DNA from: Bacteroidales bacterium
Lineage (GTDB): Bacteria; Bacteroidota; Bacteroidia; Bacteroidales; UBA932
Reading direction: 5' to 3'
Length of the DNA stretch: 64,000 nt
Assembly: GCA_017615065.1 (NCBI GenBank)
Contig: JAGAAY010000020.1
Location: 4,672 to 68,671 of the forward strand
The notes below the pieces were generated by a model. It saw nothing but the letters and a program-made list of their open reading frames with translations, did not search any database and had not been told where the DNA came from. This document shows positions 19,434-29,139 of the stretch, piece after piece. Position numbers and translations under genes: made by a program. Every line of letters begins with the position of its first letter. Position 1 is the stretch's first letter.

Positions 19434-20417
19434 CTATGCCCTCCCGAATTTTTTCTGGTGGAACCAGCGGTTGAGCAGCGGCACCACGGAGTTCATGATA
19501 AGTATGGCGAAGGAAACGCCCTCCGGATATGCCCCGAAGTAGCGGATCATCATGGTGATAAAGCCGATGCCCACGCCGAAGATGACTCCGCCCCACAGGC
19601 TCATGGGCGACGTGACATAGTCCGTGGCCATGAAGCAGGCGCCCAGGATGAGGCCGCCGGTGAGGAGGTTGAACACCGGACCGGTGAAGCGGGCCGGGTT
19701 GATGCCCCAGAAGATAAGAGCAGTAAGAGCCACCGTAGCGAAGATGCTCAGGGTGATCCAGGGCTTGATGACCCTGCGGCAGAGCAGGTATACAAAGCCG
19801 ACGAGCAGGGCGATTGCGCAGGCCTCGCCGGCGCTGCCGCCCAGGTTGGCGTACAGCATGATACCGTAGTCATAGCCGCCGCTTGTCATTATATCCTGCA
19901 CTGACGCACCCTGAAGCAGGCCTTCCTTGATTGCGCCCAGAGGGGTTGCGCCGGAAACGGCATCGGCCCCAAAAAGGCCATGGGGCTCCTTCCAGGAGGT
20001 CATGTAAGTGGGGAACGACACCAGCAGGAACACTCGGCCCACAAGGGCTGGATTCCAGATGTTCTGGCCGATGCCGCCGAAGCTCATCTTGGCAATGCCG
20101 ATGGCCACTATCGCGCCGATGATGATAATCCAGAACGGAGCGGTGTACGGCACATTCAGGGCCAGCAGAATGCCGGTTATCACTGCGGAAAGGTCTCCGA
20201 TAGTGGAGCGCTTCTTAAGCAGGAACCGTGTGATTGCCCATTCCAGCAGCACGCAGGAGCCCACGCTCACGGCCATCAGGAGAATCTCCTGCCAGCCGTA
20301 GAACACGAACGACACCAGCACTGCCGGCGCCAGGGCGATTATCACATCCAGCATCAGGGACTGGGTGGAGTCCTTGGAGTGGATGTGGGGGTTGGGGGAT
20401 ACTATAAGTTTTTCCAT
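19434..20417 (-). CDS. rnfD: Rnf complex subunit D
   Basis: SPNPHI, GGIGQNIWNPALVGR, DAVSGATPL, FMATDYVTSP, YPEGVSFAIL. Confidence 0.95.
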   Translation of the reverse strand: MEKLIVSPNPHIHSKDSTQSLMLDVIIALAPAVLVSFVFYGWQEILLMAVSVGSCVLLEWAITRFLLKKRSTIGDLSAVITGILLALNVPYTAPFWIIIIGAIVAIGIAKMSFGGIGQNIWNPALVGRVFLLVSFPTYMTSWKEPHGLFGADAVSGATPLGAIKEGLLQGASVQDIMTSGGYDYGIMLYANLGGSAGEACAIALLVGFVYLLCRRVIKPWITLSIFATVALTALIFWGINPARFTGPVFNLLTGGLILGACFMATDYVTSPMSLWGGVIFGVGIGFITMMIRYFGAYPEGVSFAILIMNSVVPLLNRWFHQKKFGRA

Positions 20418-20422
20418 AGGGC

Positions 20423-21793
20423 TTACTTTTTAGCTTCTGCTGCGGCCTTCGCGGCGGCGGCACGGGCGCGGATTGCACCGAGGACGGCGCCTTTGGCGAG
20501 GCGGATGTGGTCCAGCAGGGGAATGCGGGCTGGGCAGGAGAAGAGGCAGCAGCCGCATTCGATGCAGTCCTGCACGGCGTTCTTCTCCAGTTCCTCCATC
20601 TCGCCGGCTTTGGCCAGGCGCACCAGAAGGAAGGGCTCCAGGCCCATGGGGCAGGCATCGGCACACTTGCCGCAGCGGATGCAGTTGCTCTCCGGGGCCC
20701 GCCTGGTCTGCTTTTCGGTGAGGAAGAGCAGGGCGCTGGTTCCCTTGAGCGTTGAGGCGTCCAGATTGGCAACGGCCTTGCCCATCATGGGTCCGCCGCT
20801 GATGATCTTGGCCGCATCGGCAGGAATACCTCCCACCTGGTCGATGATGAAGCGGAACGGGGTGCCCACCCTTATCTGGAAGTTGGCCTGCCTGGGAAGG
20901 CATTCGCCGGTTATGGAGACAATGTTGTCCACGAGAGGCTTGTTTTTCTGGACAGCGTCGTACACGGCCATGGCTGTTCCAACGTTCTGTACCACTGCGC
21001 CCACGCTGATGGGAAGCGCTCCGGAGCCAACCTGGCGATGCATCACGGCGTCGATGAGCTGCTTTTCGCTGCCCTGCGGGTAACGCATCTTCATGGGCAT
21101 CACCTCTATATTCTTATAAGGTAACTTGCCGATGACCTCGCGGATGTGGCTGATGGCCTCCGGCTTGTTTTCCTCGATAGCGATGGTAACGGGCACATTG
21201 CCCATCACCTGCTGAAGGATTGCCGACCCCACGACAACCTGCTCACCCTTTTCCAGAAGGACGCGGAAATCGGAAGTAAGGTAGGGCTCGCATTCGCAGC
21301 CGTTGATAATGACCCTTTCGCACTTTGAACCGGGAGGTGGCGAAAGCTTTACGTGGGTGGGGAATGTGGCGCCGCCCAGACCCACGACACCGGCCAGGCG
21401 GATCTTCTCGATAATAGCCTTGTTATCGGCCGGAATCTCGGTTATCAGGGTATCTGAAAGGTCGATTCCGGGTGCCCATTCATCGCCCTCCGTTTCAATC
21501 TCGATGCACATTGAAGGGTTGCCGGCCAGGTCTTTCTGAGGGCCGATGGACTTCACGGTTCCGCTCACGGGCGAGTGGATGAAGGCCGATACAAAGCCGC
21601 CGGGCTCGGCTATTACCTGCCCTGCGAGCACTTTGTCTCCCACTTCCACCACGGGTTTTGCGGGAGCGCCGATGTGCTGGGAGAGCGCCAGATATACTTT
21701 TGGCGGCAGGGGAAGCTGCTGGATTGCGCAGTCCCGGGAAATCTTGCTGTCGTGGGGGTGTACGCCGCCGATGGAGAATGTGTGCTTACTCAT
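20423..21793 (-). CDS. rnfC: Rnf complex subunit C
   Basis: QHIGAPA, GLGGATFPTHVK, NGCECEPYLTSD, CIRCGKC, CIECGCC. Confidence 0.95.
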   Translation of the reverse strand: MSKHTFSIGGVHPHDSKISRDCAIQQLPLPPKVYLALSQHIGAPAKPVVEVGDKVLAGQVIAEPGGFVSAFIHSPVSGTVKSIGPQKDLAGNPSMCIEIETEGDEWAPGIDLSDTLITEIPADNKAIIEKIRLAGVVGLGGATFPTHVKLSPPPGSKCERVIINGCECEPYLTSDFRVLLEKGEQVVVGSAILQQVMGNVPVTIAIEENKPEAISHIREVIGKLPYKNIEVMPMKMRYPQGSEKQLIDAVMHRQVGSGALPISVGAVVQNVGTAMAVYDAVQKNKPLVDNIVSITGECLPRQANFQIRVGTPFRFIIDQVGGIPADAAKIISGGPMMGKAVANLDASTLKGTSALLFLTEKQTRRAPESNCIRCGKCADACPMGLEPFLLVRLAKAGEMEELEKNAVQDCIECGCCLFSCPARIPLLDHIRLAKGAVLGAIRARAAAAKAAAEAKK

Positions 21794-22676
21794 GACTATC
21801 CTCCTTTTTCGCATTACGTTCCTTGATGCGGGCCTTTACGGCATCCTTGTCAAGTGGTTTGGGAAAATTCACGCCGTGGATGGCTCCGGTGGGGCACATG
21901 GCCTCGCATTCGCGGCAGAGTTTGCACTTTGCCGGGTCGATGTAGGCGATGTTGGCATCCAGGGTGATTGCGTCGTGCGTGCAGGTTTTCACGCAGATGC
22001 CGCAGCCGATGCAGGCGTTGGCGCAGGCCTTCTTTGCGGCGGGCCCCTTGTCCTTATTCATGCAGGACACGAACTCGCGCATGCCGCGGGGACCTTTGGG
22101 ACGGAGCTCGAACAGGCCCTTGGGGCATGCCTTTGCGCAAGCGCCGCAGGCGGTGCACTTGGCTTCGTCTACAACGGGCAGGCCGGTTTCCGCATCCATG
22201 CTCAAGGCACCGAACGCGCAGGCCTGGACACAGTCGCCGCAGCCAAGGCAGCCGAACGCGCAGGCAGTATCGCCCGCGTAGAGCTGCGCTTTCACTTTGC
22301 AGGACGCCGCGCCGTCATAATCGTTCACCACGGGACGGACGCCGCAGCTGCCGTTGCAGCGGAGAACCGCCACCCTGGGGGCCTGGGCCTTCACTTCGAT
22401 GCCCAGGATCTCCGCCACTTTGGCCATCGTGTCATTGCCGCCCACCGGGCAGAAATGACTGTCCAAATTGCCGGCCTTAACAGCCGATTCCGCAAACGCG
22501 CGGCAGCCGGCAAAGCCGCATCCGCCGCAGTTCGCTCCGGGCATCGCTTTTTCCACAAGGTCGATCCTGGGGTCTTCCCGCACCATGAACTTCTTCGCTA
22601 TGAAGAAGAGCACCAGGGCAAGGAGGGCTCCAAGCACAGTGACCACTGCGATGGTCCAGATAATAGTACTTGTCAT
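21786..22676 (-). CDS. rnfB: Rnf complex subunit B
   Basis: PGANCGGCGFAGC plus several CxxCxxC ferredoxin motifs. Confidence 0.95.
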   Translation of the reverse strand: MTSTIIWTIAVVTVLGALLALVLFFIAKKFMVREDPRIDLVEKAMPGANCGGCGFAGCRAFAESAVKAGNLDSHFCPVGGNDTMAKVAEILGIEVKAQAPRVAVLRCNGSCGVRPVVNDYDGAASCKVKAQLYAGDTACAFGCLGCGDCVQACAFGALSMDAETGLPVVDEAKCTACGACAKACPKGLFELRPKGPRGMREFVSCMNKDKGPAAKKACANACIGCGICVKTCTHDAITLDANIAYIDPAKCKLCRECEAMCPTGAIHGVNFPKPLDKDAVKARIKERNAKKEDSHE

Positions 22677-22682
22677 ATGGTT

Positions 22683-22991
22683 TTAAGTTAGTTGTTCTTT
22701 GAAGCAGGCCTCGTAATCCTTCCTCACCCTTTTCCGGCAGAGCCACAGCACGAAATAGTACAGCCCAGTGACCGCAATCCCCGTGAGCCCGGCAAACAGT
22801 TCCGAAGCACCAAGTGCCTGGGACACGAAAAATCCCGCCAGCAGGACAATCAGGGGTGCTACGTAGCTTAGCAGCACAGCCTTTAAACCCAGCGAAGCGG
22901 GAACTTCTATGTTCGGATCCAGTTTGCCGGCCCTTGAGCAGAGCGAGGCGGTTGGACAGGAGGCGCAGGCGGAAGAATCTTCCTTCATCAT
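22683..22991 (-). CDS. RseC/MucC family protein (short)
   Basis: SACASC...C, KAVLLSYVAPL, two TMs; sits directly upstream of rnfB. Confidence 0.7.
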   Translation of the reverse strand: MMKEDSSACASCPTASLCSRAGKLDPNIEVPASLGLKAVLLSYVAPLIVLLAGFFVSQALGASELFAGLTGIAVTGLYYFVLWLCRKRVRKDYEACFKEQLT

Positions 22992-23800
22992 TCAGTGGCC
23001 AGTTTGTGTGCGAGGCCAGTGTAGGCGCTGAGCCTCCCGGTTACGGCGCCCACCTTGAGCGGGGCCATGAAGTAGATGGGGATATGGTTATTGTCGTCCG
23101 ACACCCAAAGCTGGGCGTCCTCGTTTCCTGTGAACATTTCCCCGGCCACTACGTTGCAGCCGAAGTGCAGGCACTTAACCTTGCCGATGCCCTTGATCCG
23201 TTTGCTCTCGCGTCCCTTGAAAGTGAGGCTGATGGTGTACACGTCGTCGTCGATGGCGTATGTGACCTTGTAGGACTTGCCGTCCTTGAGGCCCGACGTG
23301 TCCATCCTGCGGAGGAAATAAATGATGGAAGGGAGGTCGTATGTGCAGTCCGTAAGGGGAAGGTCTGCGCTCTGCTGGGGTTTGGAACCCATCTTCCAGG
23401 TTGCCCTGATCTTGCGGCTGCCCCAGTTGTAGTAGTACTGGTTTGTAGCGGTGTACTTGCCCTCCAGAGTGTTGCGGGTGTACTTTATAGGACGTCCGCT
23501 GTCCATGGCGAACCAGCTCTGGAAATTCTCCCTCGCCTTGAAGAAGGTGTCGAAGAAGGATTTTGTGCGGGCCGTCATCTTGCTGTGGTACACCTGTTTG
23601 CCATTGTAGGTTACAGTGTCCAGCTTAAGCGATGCGGTGGCTACGTCCGTGTTCACGGCGTTCCACTTGTAAGACAGCACGTATGAAAGATTTTCACCTG
23701 CGGCGTAGGGGAGTTCTCCACCCTTTGTGGGGATGCACTGCGCCTTGGCTGCAAAGGAGCCAAGCAGGATGGCCAGGGATATGAATAAAACCTTTTTCAT
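22988..23800 (-). CDS. DUF3108 family secreted protein
   Basis: Signal peptide; GENLSY, WVSDDNNHIP, LKVGAV. Confidence 0.75.
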   Translation of the reverse strand: MKKVLFISLAILLGSFAAKAQCIPTKGGELPYAAGENLSYVLSYKWNAVNTDVATASLKLDTVTYNGKQVYHSKMTARTKSFFDTFFKARENFQSWFAMDSGRPIKYTRNTLEGKYTATNQYYYNWGSRKIRATWKMGSKPQQSADLPLTDCTYDLPSIIYFLRRMDTSGLKDGKSYKVTYAIDDDVYTISLTFKGRESKRIKGIGKVKCLHFGCNVVAGEMFTGNEDAQLWVSDDNNHIPIYFMAPLKVGAVTGRLSAYTGLAHKLATE

Positions 23801-25287
23801 CAGAACGGAGCATTAGGGTCATCGTCAAATGAGGACACCGCCGGAGCATTCATTGCGCTCTCGACCGGCCGTGAGGCCTGGATGTCCAACGCCTGGTCTG
23901 GTTCCAAGAATCGTACCTGACCGGCCTTGTACTTCATTTCGATGTCGCAAACTTCTCCATTTCTGTGCTTTGCGATAACTATAAAGGCTTTTTCCCTGTC
24001 TGAAGGATCCTCCGACATTCCCACGAAATCGGGCCTGTGGATGAAGATTACCATATCGGCATCCTGCTCGATGGAGCCGGATTCACGAAGGTCGCTGAGC
24101 TGGGGCTTTCCGGTGCCGCCCGTGCGCTGTACGGCGTTTCTGGACAGCTGGGAAAGTGCGATGATGGGGACGTTCAGCTCCTTTGCCGTTGCCTTGAGCG
24201 TACGGGAAATGGCTGCAACTTCCTGCTCACGCATTCCGCGGAGCTCCGAAGGGCCCTGCATCAGCTGGAGATAGTCCACGACGATGAGCCTTACGCCCTT
24301 CTGCTTTACCAGACGCTTTGCCTTGGCGCGGAATTCCATCACCGGAATGCCGGGGGTGTCGTCGATATACAGCGGGGCTCTTGAAAGGTCCTTGAGCTTG
24401 TGCTCCAGCTGGGTCCATTCATAGTCTTCCAGCTTTACGCCGCCCTTGATCTTTTCTCCGGGAAGGCCCGACTCCGTTGTGATGAGACGCTTGCCCAGCT
24501 GGTCGGCCGACATTTCCAGGGAGAAGAATGCCACGGGCATGTTGTAATCCACTGCGGCGTTGCGGGCGAGGTTGAGCGAGAAAGCCGTCTTACCCATGGA
24601 GGGACGGGCGGCAAGGATGATGAGATCCGATTTCTGCCAGCCCTGGGTTACCCTGTCGATGGAAGGGAAGCCTGAAGGAACGCCGCTGGGGCCGGTTACG
24701 CCCTGGAGGGCCTGCAGGTTGTCCATCACCGAGTTGATGATGCTGGAAATCTCCTGCACGTCCTTCTTCTCGCGTGTCTGGATGGCCTCGAAGATTTTGC
24801 TCTGGGCGGTGTCCACGAGCTCGTCCACGTTCACGGAATCGTCGTACGACTGCTTGAGGATGTCGTACGATGCCTTGATGAGATCCCTCTGGATGGCCTT
24901 CTGCTTGAGGATCCTGATGTGATACTCGATGTGGGCGGCGGCGCCGATGCGCTGGGAAAGATCGGCAAGGAAAACGGGCCCGCCGATTTCTTCCAGCTGG
25001 CCGCGGGCGCGCAGACGGTCCGACACGGTTATAATGTCGATGGCGACGTGCTCGTTGACGAGCGAGGACATCGCTTCGAATATCATTTTGTGACGGGGAT
25101 CGTAGAAGCAGCCGGCGGTGAGCTCTTCCATAGCTTCGTCTATGGTGGAGGGCTCAACCAGCATTGCTCCGAGCACCGCTTCCTCCACATCCTGGGCCTG
25201 GGGCGGTTTGTTGCCCATTTCAAGTCCCAGAGTGTCCAGGTTTACGGCTTCGTCACGTTTGCGTCCGCGCCGGGGGGTGTCTGCCAT
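23800..25287 (-). CDS. dnaB: Replicative DNA helicase
   Basis: PPQAQDVEEAVLGA, AARPSMGKT, VDYLQL, LSQLSR, DLRESGSIEQDAD; start MADTP at 25287. Confidence 0.97.
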   Translation of the reverse strand: MADTPRRGRKRDEAVNLDTLGLEMGNKPPQAQDVEEAVLGAMLVEPSTIDEAMEELTAGCFYDPRHKMIFEAMSSLVNEHVAIDIITVSDRLRARGQLEEIGGPVFLADLSQRIGAAAHIEYHIRILKQKAIQRDLIKASYDILKQSYDDSVNVDELVDTAQSKIFEAIQTREKKDVQEISSIINSVMDNLQALQGVTGPSGVPSGFPSIDRVTQGWQKSDLIILAARPSMGKTAFSLNLARNAAVDYNMPVAFFSLEMSADQLGKRLITTESGLPGEKIKGGVKLEDYEWTQLEHKLKDLSRAPLYIDDTPGIPVMEFRAKAKRLVKQKGVRLIVVDYLQLMQGPSELRGMREQEVAAISRTLKATAKELNVPIIALSQLSRNAVQRTGGTGKPQLSDLRESGSIEQDADMVIFIHRPDFVGMSEDPSDREKAFIVIAKHRNGEVCDIEMKYKAGQVRFLEPDQALDIQASRPVESAMNAPAVSSFDDDPNAPF

Positions 25288-25288
25288 A

Positions 25289-26107
25289 TTACTTCTTCTC
25301 GAAATCCGGGTTGATGATGATGCGTCCGCAGTGCTCGCAGATGATGAGCTTGCGGTTGGATGCAACCTCTACACGGCGCTGGGGAGTGATGGTGTTGAAG
25401 CATCCTCCGCAGGAATCTCCGTTGTAGATGGATACCACTGCCAGGTGGTTGTAGACGCTGGCACGGATGCGCTCATAGGCGCTCATGGTGCGCTCGTCGA
25501 TCTTGGCTGCGCATTCCTCGCGGCGTGCACGGAGCACTTCTTCCTCCTTGGAGGTGGACTCCACGATGCGTGCAAGTTCGTCTTTCTTGGCCTTGAGGTC
25601 TTCGCTGCGGATGCCGATGCGGTCCTTGAGCTCGTCCTGCTCCGCCTTTTTGTTGGCGATTTCGTAACGGGTGTCGTTGATGTTCTTCTCGTCGATCTGG
25701 AGGAGGAGCTCCTGGTTCTCGATTTCCTTGTTGAGCGAATCGTACTCGCGGGAGTTGGAGATGGTCTCCAGCTGCTTGCGGTATTTCTCGATGGCGCTCT
25801 CGTGCTCCGCGATGCTCAGTTTGGAATCTGCGATGTTCTTCTGGAACTGTTCCACGAGTGCGGAAAGAGCGGCCGATTTCATCTTGAGGGCGGCGATTTC
25901 CGTTTCCATTTCCTCCACTTCTGCGGGCAGTTCGCCGCGGAGCTGGTAGATCTTGTCAATCTCCGAGTCCGCTTCCTGAAGCTCGTAGAGGGTTTTGAGT
26001 TTTTCCTCTACCGACAGTTCTGAGTCCGCAAAATTCTTCTGCAGGGAGACGAAGGTTTCCCTCTGGTCGATGGGAGTCTCCACTTTCTTTATTTTCTTGG
26101 TTGCCAT
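25289..26107 (-). CDS. Coiled-coil C4 zinc-ribbon protein (DUF164/zf-RING_7)
   Basis: Long coiled coil; CGGC...CEHCGRI. Confidence 0.9.
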   Translation of the reverse strand: MATKKIKKVETPIDQRETFVSLQKNFADSELSVEEKLKTLYELQEADSEIDKIYQLRGELPAEVEEMETEIAALKMKSAALSALVEQFQKNIADSKLSIAEHESAIEKYRKQLETISNSREYDSLNKEIENQELLLQIDEKNINDTRYEIANKKAEQDELKDRIGIRSEDLKAKKDELARIVESTSKEEEVLRARREECAAKIDERTMSAYERIRASVYNHLAVVSIYNGDSCGGCFNTITPQRRVEVASNRKLIICEHCGRIIINPDFEKK

Positions 26108-26131
26108 ATAGTTATAAAAAGTTTTTGCCGA

Positions 26132-26908
26132 TTAAAACCAGTGCACGGGGTTGCCCTCCCGCAGGGAGGAGCCCAAATGAACTGCAAAGTTAGGAAATTT
26201 TTTCTTTAAGAAAGAAAATAAAATGTCGCTTATTTCCACTTCGCTCTCAAAATGGCCGATGTCGGCCACCATGAAGCCTTCCGGGGTGAAGAAATTGTGG
26301 TAGGAAATATCGGCCGTCACATAGAGCTGCGCACCGGCGGCCCGGGCAGCCGGGATTTCGCTTCCGCCGGAGCCTCCGAGCACCGCCACCGTGGTTATCG
26401 GACCTTCAATCGGGGCCGATGTACGCACGAATCTGAGGTGGAAACGCTCTTTGATAAGGTCGATGGCCTCCCTGCCGGTGAGCGGCTTTTCAAGGGTGCC
26501 GTATGCGCCCAGTCCGGTGCCGCCTTCATCCTCCAGGATGCGGATATCTTTGAGGCCCAGCCTGCGGGCCATTGCTCCGGACACTCCTTCGATGACTTTA
26601 TCGGCAGTAGTGTGTGCGGCGTAAACCGCGATTCCGGCGCGGATGGCCTTCATGATGGCCTCTCCGGTGGGCTCGCTGCCGTTGATCTGCCTCAATCCCT
26701 TGAAAATGAGCGGGTGATGGGTGATTATCATGTCGCAGCCCCTGGCGGCGGCTTCGTCCACCAGCTGAGGGGTGCAGTCGAAGCCCACCATGACTCCGTG
26801 GACGGGGTCTTCCGGCGAGCCGATGCATAGGCCGCTGTTGTCCCACTGCTCCTGTATGCCCAGCGGAGCGAATTCCTCCACTGCGGCGGTTATGTCGGCT
26901 ACTTTCAT
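26132..26908 (-). CDS. Nif3-like dinuclear metal-centre protein
   Basis: WDNSGL, THHPLIF, HTTAD, DIGHFESE. Confidence 0.92.
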   Translation of the reverse strand: MKVADITAAVEEFAPLGIQEQWDNSGLCIGSPEDPVHGVMVGFDCTPQLVDEAAARGCDMIITHHPLIFKGLRQINGSEPTGEAIMKAIRAGIAVYAAHTTADKVIEGVSGAMARRLGLKDIRILEDEGGTGLGAYGTLEKPLTGREAIDLIKERFHLRFVRTSAPIEGPITTVAVLGGSGGSEIPAARAAGAQLYVTADISYHNFFTPEGFMVADIGHFESEVEISDILFSFLKKKFPNFAVHLGSSLREGNPVHWF

Positions 26909-27222
26909 ATGCTCTTCTTCACTTCCATCAGACGGGCCCTGATGCTGCGCAGCGAATCCAGGGCTTTCACCCTTTTTTCAACGGTGCGGCGGTCTTCTCC
27001 CATGCGGGCTGCGGCGCCCTCGAGGGTGAGGCCCTCGTTCTTTACGAGGTGCTTGATCTGCTTGAGGGTTTCGATGTCGCTGTCGTGGAAAAGACGGTTT
27101 CCCTTGGCGTTCCTCTGGGGCTTGATGAAGCGCTCGAAATAGTTGCACCAGTAGCGTACGGCGCTGGTGTTTTCGCCCAGCATTTCCGCAACTTCGCCCA
27201 TTGTGTAAATAGTTTTTGCCAT
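26905..27222 (-). CDS. MerR family HTH regulator
   Basis: YTMGEVAEML...VRYW...PQRNAKGNRLF...GLTLEGA. Confidence 0.9.
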   Translation of the reverse strand: MAKTIYTMGEVAEMLGENTSAVRYWCNYFERFIKPQRNAKGNRLFHDSDIETLKQIKHLVKNEGLTLEGAAARMGEDRRTVEKRVKALDSLRSIRARLMEVKKSI

Positions 27223-27227
27223 ATAGA

Positions 27228-28103
27228 TTAATCCATTGATTGTAAAGTACTTCCAGATATGTAAAGCATGCGTGCATAGTCTTCCGGAGAGACCGATGCG
27301 AAGAAGTGGTTCACGGGGTCCTGCGGGATGCCGCGGAGCAGCACTTCGTAGTGCAGGTGAGGGGCGAATCCGGGCATCACTCCAACCGTTCCGAGGGCCT
27401 CGCCGCGCTTCACTTTCCGGCCCTCTTCCACGAACGTGTCGCCGAGCTGGCCGTAGCGGGTTACAAAGCCGCCTTTGTGTCTCACCGAGACGGAGAGGCC
27501 AAGGCCGTCACGGGCATTTTCCACCTTTGATACAACGCCGTCGGCGGTGCACCATACGAGCGTTCCCCTGGGAACCACGATGTCCAGGCCCTGGTGCTGT
27601 ACGGTTTTCTTGTAGAAGGGGTTCTGTTTTTCGCCAAGGGAGGCTCCCGTCTGGGCATAGGACATGTCCTTGAGGGGGAGGGTCAGCGGCGGGATGGAAT
27701 CGGCCTTCTGCTCCAGCAGACGGAAGATATCGGCAAATGAGCTGTCCACAAGGGAGGCCATTTTCATCACGCGTTCGCTCTTGGTGGTGATGTAGTTGAG
27801 GTAGAAGCTGTCCGAGAGGGAGTCGCTGTCGGCGATAAGGTCGGCGGCGGTGATGGCATCGGCACTTGGGGCTTCGGTGAGGAAGAGGCCCGAGTAGATG
27901 GCTCCGTCGCGGCGGTTGAGGTTGGCGACCACCTTGCTTTCCAGGTCGACATCGGCCTTTAAACCGGGGTAGGCGGCCTCGTACATGGCTATTTCGCGCC
28001 TGAGGGCTTTATCCTCCGGAGACGACAGGATGAGGGCCGCGATGCCGGAAAGGACTATCGACAGCGCGAATGAAGACAATATGAACGTTCCTCTTCCTTT
28101 CAT
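27228..28103 (-). CDS. M23 family metallopeptidase
   Basis: HQGLD and PHLHYEV. Confidence 0.85.
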   Translation of the reverse strand: MKGRGTFILSSFALSIVLSGIAALILSSPEDKALRREIAMYEAAYPGLKADVDLESKVVANLNRRDGAIYSGLFLTEAPSADAITAADLIADSDSLSDSFYLNYITTKSERVMKMASLVDSSFADIFRLLEQKADSIPPLTLPLKDMSYAQTGASLGEKQNPFYKKTVQHQGLDIVVPRGTLVWCTADGVVSKVENARDGLGLSVSVRHKGGFVTRYGQLGDTFVEEGRKVKRGEALGTVGVMPGFAPHLHYEVLLRGIPQDPVNHFFASVSPEDYARMLYISGSTLQSMD

Positions 28104-29053
28104 CGCTTGCTGGAGGGTTTGTGCACCATCTCGAAATAGTCCTTTGGGGATATGGAGAGGTCCATAAAATGAAGGGGATCAACCGCTTCTCCCTGGTACA
28201 TCACTTCGTAATGCAGATGCGGAGAAGTGGACTGGCCGGTGTTTCCTGAGAGCCCCACGCAGTCTCCGCGCCTGAGCTTCATGCCTTCGAATACAAAGAT
28301 CTGGGACATGTGGGCATAGCGTGTCTGGTAGCCGAAACCGTGGTCCACAACCACCTGGTGGCCGTAGCTGCGCTCCTCCTCCTTGACCAGCGAAACCACT
28401 CCGTCGCCGGTGCAATAGATGGGATTGCCTTTGTCGCAGCCAAGGTCCACCCCCTTGTGAAGGCGTATGCCGCCAAGGATGGGGTGGTTCCTGTAGCCGA
28501 AGGGGCTGGAGAAGCGGTAGCTGCCCGGGGTGGGGTTGATGGGCGGAATGGCCGGGATGTGGCTGGCGATGTCACCTGCCGATTTTGCCAGATGCTCCAC
28601 CTGGGTGTAGGAGACGCTCTGGGCCCATGCCCTGCGCATGATCAGCTGGGAGCGGGCTATTGCCGATGCCAGAAGGGAAGTGCTGTCCAGCCCTTCCGGG
28701 AGGATGGTTTTGCCGGCAGTGCGTTCCGTATCGGTCAGTTCGCGCATGCCGTAAACCGGGCGGTAGATGCGGTTGTCGCGCACTTCCAGAAGGTCCAGGT
28801 CTTCCTCGAAGCCGTCCATCCTGCCCAACAGGCGTTCCACCCTGGATTCCCATTGCGCCTTCTGCCTCATGAGCATGGCGGTTCTTGGAAGATGCATGTG
28901 GAAGACACCGAAGTAAAGCAGCATGTACAGCCCGAAGAGGGCAACCCCGGCGGCCGCAACACCCAGTCCCTTGAGCACGCTGTGCCGGGACGAGGTGTCC
29001 GTTTCTACCATCAGGGTTTCAGGATTGAATATGGTTTTATCCTGTTTGGACAC
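28100..29053 (-). CDS. M23 family metallopeptidase
   Basis: HKGVD, YAHMS, SGNTG..PHLHYEV. Confidence 0.9.
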   Translation of the reverse strand: MSKQDKTIFNPETLMVETDTSSRHSVLKGLGVAAAGVALFGLYMLLYFGVFHMHLPRTAMLMRQKAQWESRVERLLGRMDGFEEDLDLLEVRDNRIYRPVYGMRELTDTERTAGKTILPEGLDSTSLLASAIARSQLIMRRAWAQSVSYTQVEHLAKSAGDIASHIPAIPPINPTPGSYRFSSPFGYRNHPILGGIRLHKGVDLGCDKGNPIYCTGDGVVSLVKEEERSYGHQVVVDHGFGYQTRYAHMSQIFVFEGMKLRRGDCVGLSGNTGQSTSPHLHYEVMYQGEAVDPLHFMDLSISPKDYFEMVHKPSSKR

Positions 29054-29139
29054 GTTTTAGTTTCTATGTCAGACGCAAAAATAGGAAAATTTCCGCAAAA
29101 ATAGTATTTTTGCAGGCTAGAATCTTTTTGAAGAGTTAT

